Assembly (NCBI RefSeq): GCF_031280615.1
Contig: NZ_JAITGO010000001.1
DNA: 64,000 bases
Direction: 5' to 3' (one strand)
Source: Desulfobulbus sp.
GTDB taxonomy: Bacteria; Desulfobacterota; Desulfobulbia; Desulfobulbales; Desulfobulbaceae
Shown here: piece by piece, positions 59,418 through 64,000 of the stretch
Position numbering within the stretch: the first letter of the stretch is position 1
How the letters are laid out: each line of letters begins with the position of its first letter
Translations under genes and position numbers: made by a program
The notes under the pieces: model-generated
Databases searched by the model: none
The model's input: the letters and a program-made list of their open reading frames with translations, nothing else
Told to the model about the DNA's origin: nothing

Positions 59418-59450
59418 GGGGCAAATTGTCCCTGTGGGGCAAAATGCCCC
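59418..59450. repeat. two tandem near-palindromic 15-mers (GGGGCAAATTGTCCC, GGGGCAAAATGCCCC)
   Basis: Read directly; separated by 3 nt. They lie 8 nt beyond the activator stop codon and ~270 nt upstream of the sigma-54 promoter. Confidence 0.85.
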
Positions 59451-59458
59451 GCTTCGAG

Positions 59459-60865
59459 CTAGGCGCGGAAGAGGCTGGGAAACACCACCGAGGGCGAGGA
59501 TTCCGGTTCGTGCTGGTGATGCAGCTTCCGGTAAAGGGTTTTGCGGTCGATCTGGAGAATCTGGGCCGCCAGGGTCCGATTGCCGCCGACCATGGCGAGG
59601 ACATGGTGCATGTATCGGTGCATCATCTCTGCCATCGGCACCAGCTCGCCCGGACTCGGCAGCCCCGGCGCGGAAGAGGCCGGTTCGTGCCGGAAGGAAA
59701 GAATGCGTTCGGGGAGGTCGTCGGGGATGATTTTCCGGTGATTGGTCAGGGTGACCGCATGTTCCATGGCGTTGCGCAATTCCCGGACATTGCCCGGCCA
59801 GCGGTAGGCTAGCAGCTTGTGGGCGGTGCCGTTGGCCATGCCGGTAATGTTTTTGCCCTGGCGGGAGGCGTAAAGCTCGATGTATTTCTCGGCAAGCAGC
59901 AGGATATCCGTGCCCCTGGTGCGCAGCGGCGGCACCTGGACGGTAATCACGTTCAGCCGGTACAGCAGGTCTTCGCGGAAGGTTCCCTCGGCCACCGCGG
60001 CTTCGAGGTCCCGGTTGGTGATGGCGATCACCCGCACGTCCAGGGGCTTTTCGGTGGTGCTGCCCAGCGGCCGGACACAGCGGTCCTCGAGCACGCGCAG
60101 CAGTTTGGGCTGCAGCGACAGCGGCAACTCACCGATTTCGTCCAGAAGCAGCGTGCCGCCGTTTGCGGCCAGAAACAAGCCCTTGTAATCGGAGTGGGCG
60201 CTGGTGAAGGCCCCCTTGACATGGCCGAACAGCTCGCTTTCCAGCAGGGATTCGGGCATGGCCGAGCAGTTGATGGCCACCAGGGGCTGTTGGGCGCGCC
60301 GGCTGTACTTGTGGATGGCCCGGGCAGCGAGCTCCTTGCCCGAGCCGCTTTCGCCGGCGAGCAAAACCGATGCCTCGGAATCGGCGATCCGGAGCAGCTT
60401 GGAGAACAGGGCCTGCATGACCTGGCTCTCGCCGATCAGTTCATCGAACGAACGGGTCCGTTCCAGGGCCTGGCTGAGTTGCTTGACGCTTTCCTGCAGC
60501 CGGCGGTGATTGATCGCCCGGGCCAGGACCAATTCGAGCAGGTTGATGTCAAAGGGTTTGGTAATGAAATCGTAGGCCCCGGCCCGGATGGCGGCGATGG
60601 CCGCCTCCATGCTGCCGAAGGCGGTCATGATCACCACCGGGATCTCCGGCCAGCGGGCGGAAAGTTCCCGGCACAGTTCAAAGCCGTTGAGGTCGGGTAG
60701 GTTGATCGCGGTCAGGATGACGTCGATCGAGTCGCTGGTCACGGCGGCTAGGCCCTGGTGGCCGCTGGTGTGGAGGGCGACGGTGCATCCCAGCAGCGAC
60801 AGGCGCATGCACAGCATCTGCGCCAGCTCCCGGTCGTCTTCGATGATGAGGATTTTTCCGTCCAT
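59459..60865 (-). CDS. sigma-54-dependent transcriptional activator (NtrC family) with an atypical receiver domain
   Basis: Receiver plus AAA+ domain ([20 protein letters not shown] variant of [20 protein letters not shown]) plus a Fis-type HTH. The acceptor position reads [10 protein letters not shown] where NtrC has DVLLSDIRMP. Confidence 0.9.
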   Translation of the reverse strand: MDGKILIIEDDRELAQMLCMRLSLLGCTVALHTSGHQGLAAVTSDSIDVILTAINLPDLNGFELCRELSARWPEIPVVIMTAFGSMEAAIAAIRAGAYDFITKPFDINLLELVLARAINHRRLQESVKQLSQALERTRSFDELIGESQVMQALFSKLLRIADSEASVLLAGESGSGKELAARAIHKYSRRAQQPLVAINCSAMPESLLESELFGHVKGAFTSAHSDYKGLFLAANGGTLLLDEIGELPLSLQPKLLRVLEDRCVRPLGSTTEKPLDVRVIAITNRDLEAAVAEGTFREDLLYRLNVITVQVPPLRTRGTDILLLAEKYIELYASRQGKNITGMANGTAHKLLAYRWPGNVRELRNAMEHAVTLTNHRKIIPDDLPERILSFRHEPASSAPGLPSPGELVPMAEMMHRYMHHVLAMVGGNRTLAAQILQIDRKTLYRKLHHQHEPESSPSVVFPSLFRA

Positions 60866-60900
60866 AGCGTCGATCTGCCCCCCGGCACGGGTCCGGTCGC

Positions 60901-62559
60901 TCAGGCCCGTTCCAGGTTGACGGTGCGCCTGCCGATCCGGTAGGCACCGTTTTTGGACAGCAGACGGCCGACCAGGGACTCGGGCACATCGACCAAGGTG
61001 TGGTTGCTTTCAAGCCGGATCTTGCCCAGCTGGCCGGAATTGACGCCGGAGTAGTGGGCCAGCGAGGCCACCACGTGATTGACGCTGATGCCGTCCGCGC
61101 GGCCGATGTCGAGTTTGAGCGGCACCATGTCCTTGTCGCGCTCCGGCCGCTTGCGGGCCGCCGAGGACGGTCCGGCGTGGGTGTCGCGGCGGAAGGTCCG
61201 CTCGCCGCCTTTCCGCTCGCGTGGGCGGAGCTGTTCCTCCTTGATCGGAGTGATGGGTTCGATCGGCCGTTTTTTCTCGTCGCTCCGGGCCAGTTTCAGG
61301 GCGGCGGCGGCAATGTCTTCCGGCTGGTGGCCGGTTTGGACCAGCATGTCCACCACTTCCCGCTCCCGGCGGCAACGGCCGCGCCGGATCCACACCTCCA
61401 ACTGTTCCATCAGCAGGGCCTGGCGGTGATTCTCGATCTGCTGGATGCTGGGCAGCTCCGCCTTGTCCAACCTGAAGTGAGTGTACTCCTCGATCCGCCG
61501 CAACTGCCAGCGGTCCCTGGGGGTGAGCAGGGAGATGGCGATGCCGTCCCGCCCGGCCCTTCCGGTGCGGCCGACGCGATGGACATAGACTTCCGGGTCG
61601 TCGGGGAGATCGAAGTTGAAGACATGGGAAATGTCGTCGATATCCAGGCCGCGGGCAGCGACATCGGTGGCCACCAGCACCTTGACCTGGCCGTTGCGGT
61701 AACGGGTCAGGACCTGGATACGGGCTTCCTGGCTGAGATCGCCGTTAAGGGCCTCGGCGGCAAAGCCGCGCGCGGTCAGCTGGTTGGCCAATTCGCCGGT
61801 GCCCAGCCGGGTACGGACGAAGATCAAGGCGCTGTCGATGGTCTCCATCTCGAACAGCCGGGCCAGGGCCGCTATCTTATCCTGCTGGTTGACCAAGTAG
61901 TAGCGCTGGACAATGGTGGCGCCGGTCAGCTGTTTGGGGGTGATGGAGACCAACTCCGGCTCGCGCAGATAGCGGGCGGCAAGTTCCTGGACCCGCTTGG
62001 AAATGGTGGCGGAAAAGAGCATGGTCTGGCGTGCGGCCGGGGTGCGTTCGAGGATGCGCTCGATATCTTCGATGAATCCCATGCTGAGCATTTCGTCGGC
62101 CTCGTCGAGGACCACGGTGTGGACCGTGGAAAGGTCGAGCGCGTCCTGGTCGGCCAGGTCGAGCAGGCGGCCGGGGGTGCCGACCACCACCGCCACCCCC
62201 TGGCGGAGGCTGCGGAATTGCTGCTGGTAGGATTGGCCGCCGTACAGGGCGAGCACCGCGACGCCCCTCTGCCGGCCATAGCGGTCGAGGGAATCGGCCA
62301 CCTGGATGGCCAGCTCGCGGGTCGGGGCCAGCACCAGGGCCTGGATCTGGCGGCGAGCGGGATCGATCCGGTGCAGCAGGGGCAGCCCGAAGGCCGCGGT
62401 CTTGCCGGTGCCGGTCTGGGCCTGGCCGATCAGGTCCCGGCCGTCGAGCAGCAGGGGGATGGCGGTCTGTTGAATGGGGGTGGGGTCGGTAAATCCGAGC
62501 TCGGCAACGGCGTGCATCAAGTCGGGGTGCAGGCCGAAATCGGCGAATGTGGCGGTCAT
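60901..62559 (-). CDS. deaD: DEAD-box ATP-dependent RNA helicase (DeaD/CsdA-like with a C-terminal RNA-binding domain)
   Basis: FADFGL...PTPIQ, AQTGTGKT, DEAD, SAT, HRVGRTGRAG. GGAGGA RBS before the ATG at 62559. Confidence 0.9.
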   Translation of the reverse strand: MTATFADFGLHPDLMHAVAELGFTDPTPIQQTAIPLLLDGRDLIGQAQTGTGKTAAFGLPLLHRIDPARRQIQALVLAPTRELAIQVADSLDRYGRQRGVAVLALYGGQSYQQQFRSLRQGVAVVVGTPGRLLDLADQDALDLSTVHTVVLDEADEMLSMGFIEDIERILERTPAARQTMLFSATISKRVQELAARYLREPELVSITPKQLTGATIVQRYYLVNQQDKIAALARLFEMETIDSALIFVRTRLGTGELANQLTARGFAAEALNGDLSQEARIQVLTRYRNGQVKVLVATDVAARGLDIDDISHVFNFDLPDDPEVYVHRVGRTGRAGRDGIAISLLTPRDRWQLRRIEEYTHFRLDKAELPSIQQIENHRQALLMEQLEVWIRRGRCRREREVVDMLVQTGHQPEDIAAAALKLARSDEKKRPIEPITPIKEEQLRPRERKGGERTFRRDTHAGPSSAARKRPERDKDMVPLKLDIGRADGISVNHVVASLAHYSGVNSGQLGKIRLESNHTLVDVPESLVGRLLSKNGAYRIGRRTVNLERA

Positions 62560-62740
62560 CGGGGGTCCTCCTCTGGACGATGTGGTGACGATAATCCTGG
62601 GGTTGGGTAATGCCTTGCGGCGGTTGTCCCTGTTGTCCGTTAACAGATGACCCCCATCCAAGAAGAGAAGAGCCCGACTGTCAAACCCGGCCGCGTCCGA
62701 CTTTGCCAGGCAAAGGTCGAGGATTTCGCGGACGTCTACA

Positions 62741-62769
62741 ACAAAAAAGGCCTGACCGAAAGGGTCAGG
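62741..62769 (-). terminator. intrinsic terminator on the minus strand between the Sir2 gene and deaD
   Basis: The minus strand reads GCCTGACC-CTTTC-GGTCAGGC followed by CTTTTTTGT, an 8-bp stem and a tetraloop-sized loop. Confidence 0.7.
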
Positions 62770-63099
62770 CAACCATCCTGTGTCCGGCTGGGCCGCCACA
62801 GGATCAAAACGCAGGTCAGATAGCACGGAACATACAGCATATGGCCTGCAAACGCAAGCAATCGTCGCTGCTTCCGGGGCAAGTCGACCGTGCGGCGTCC
62901 CAGCGGTGCATGGTGGGCAAAAGGTGGCAGGGGGCAAGAGAACGATGCGAACGGGAAAACCGAGGCAATCCGGTTCGCACTGCAAGTGACCGCCTCCTCC
63001 CCGGGCGCGCCGGTAAGGAGAGGATGCGGTCAGGCTAGAGTATTGCGCTTTGGCGGGAAAGGCAAGAGGTGGGTGAAAAAGGCGGTAAAACGGGCGGGT

Positions 63100-63882
63100 T
63101 CAGCCAAGGCCGCAGGCGTCGGCCAAGACTGGCAGGGTGTGGAGGACATCGCCCTGAAACAGGAAATCGCCCCGGCCGGCGACCTCGCCCAGGGAGGGTT
63201 CCCGGTTGAATTCCAAGATCCGGCCGCCGCGTTGCCGGACCAGGGCGGGCAGGGCTGCGGCCGGATAGACCTGGGCCGAGGTGCCGATCACCAACAGGAG
63301 GTCGCAATCGGCCAGGCAGTCGTGAATGGCATCGAGGTCGCGGACCGCTTCGCCAAAGAGTACCACGTTCGGCTTCAGTGGAAAGCCGCAAATGGCGCAG
63401 CATGGGATATCGGTTGCGTCCAGATGGTCGGGGAGCAGCGGCACGATCGCATCGCATTGCAGGCAGTGGAGATGCTGGTGGTCGCCGTGAATTTCAAAGA
63501 CCCGGCTGCTGCCGGCCTGTTGGTGGAGATTGTCGATGTTCTGGGTCACCACGGCCTGCAGCCATCCGTGGCGTTCGAGTTCGGCCAGGGCCCGGTGGGC
63601 GGCGTTGGCCCGCTTGCCGACCAGCACTTTTCCCAGCGCCCGAAACAGCTCCCAGGCCTTGGCGGGGTGGCGGCGGAACACCTCGATGGTGGCGTATTCC
63701 TCCGGGGAAAAAACACTCCACAGTCCGCCCGGACTGCGGAAGTCGGGGATGCCGCTTCCCACCGAGATGCCAGCTCCGGTCAGGGCCATCGCCTTGCGCG
63801 CGGATCGCAGCAGACCGGCGGCCTCGCGGTAGGCCTGGCCGCCGGTCTCGGTGACGATCGTTTGCTTGGGGAATGCCGGCAT
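63100..63882 (-). CDS. cobB: NAD-dependent protein deacylase (Sir2 family)
   Basis: LTGAGISVGSGIPDFR, VTQNIDNLH, HG...C..C, CCAICG (zinc ribbon), VLFGE. Confidence 0.85.
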   Translation of the reverse strand: MPAFPKQTIVTETGGQAYREAAGLLRSARKAMALTGAGISVGSGIPDFRSPGGLWSVFSPEEYATIEVFRRHPAKAWELFRALGKVLVGKRANAAHRALAELERHGWLQAVVTQNIDNLHQQAGSSRVFEIHGDHQHLHCLQCDAIVPLLPDHLDATDIPCCAICGFPLKPNVVLFGEAVRDLDAIHDCLADCDLLLVIGTSAQVYPAAALPALVRQRGGRILEFNREPSLGEVAGRGDFLFQGDVLHTLPVLADACGLG

Positions 63883-63885
63883 GAT

Positions 63886-64000
63886 TCAGTGCGGGAGCGC
63901 GTTGCTTCGAGACGAAGGGGCGGGGCGCCCGGCACCGGTATCGACGAAGGTGCCGCCGACCAGGGCACCGGGTTGATAATGGCAGACCCTGATCAGCCGC
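63886..64000 (-). CDS. C-terminal end of an unidentified protein; the gene continues beyond the window
   Basis: My minus-strand translation reads ...RLIRVCHYQPGALVGGTFVDTGAGRPAPSSRSNALPH and stops at TGA (63886-63888), 4 nt before the cobB ATG. No family assignment is possible. Confidence 0.3.
   Translation of the reverse strand, partial: RLIRVCHYQPGALVGGTFVDTGAGRPAPSSRSNALPH

Noticed and set aside
61000-62610. 536-aa plus-strand ORF
   Set aside because: It is antisense to the DEAD-box helicase gene, which has the full helicase motif set.
62560-62985. In-frame 142-aa N-terminal extension of the deaD ORF (ORF track start at 62985)
   Set aside because: The extension has no helicase-related sequence and reads through a strong intrinsic terminator. 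The ATG at 62559 has a GGAGGA RBS and gives the canonical FADFGL Q-motif N-terminus.

Overview
This is a high-GC bacterial chromosomal segment, roughly 60% GC by eye (not computed). The gene content resembles an anaerobic Desulfobacterota or deltaproteobacterium-type organism; that taxon is an inference. Most of the window is tightly packed housekeeping DNA:
- purL (partial), prfC
- prmA, class II DAHP synthase
- lptA-lptB-rpoN-ptsN
- argB-argD-mntP-argF-argG-argH
- dapF-dapA-dapB-folK
- tal, an SLT transglycosylase, pgsA, lepB, pyrB, pyrC
- queC, sfsA
- gap-rimI-pgk-tpiA-secG followed by tRNA-Leu
- a 5'-nucleotidase lipoprotein, an EAL/HDOD protein, deaD and a Sir2 deacylase

Four regions stand out:
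1. About 6.1-16.2 kb: a seven-gene, translationally coupled operon that I cannot assign to any characterised pathway. It encodes a GNAT-like protein, an AMP-ligase, a class I HMG-CoA reductase homolog, a UbiA prenyltransferase, an RPH-like PEP-utilising dikinase, a BtaA/DUF3419-like transferase and a polyprenol-kinase-like membrane protein. It looks like a dedicated membrane-lipid or isoprenoid-conjugate pathway.
2. 51.2-58.5 kb: a six-gene Hyf/complex-I-like membrane module. Its large subunit has lost all four canonical [NiFe] cysteine ligands, so it is Ehr-like rather than a hydrogenase. Upstream lie a sigma-54 promoter, a small ORF, and an NtrC-type activator whose receiver lacks the phospho-acceptor aspartate.
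3. About 1.0-2.2 kb: an AT-rich islet carrying one Mrr-like PD-(D/E)xK nuclease gene. Its ORF has no stop until it has run about 620 nt into purL.
4. Several orphan intrinsic terminators and hairpins in intergenic regions, which hint at small RNAs or leaders.

No CRISPR arrays, IS elements, integrases or rRNA were seen. Many long ORFs in the six-frame track are antisense or off-frame artefacts of the high GC content. All protein calls rest on motifs I recognise by eye. No searches were run, and start codons are best guesses.
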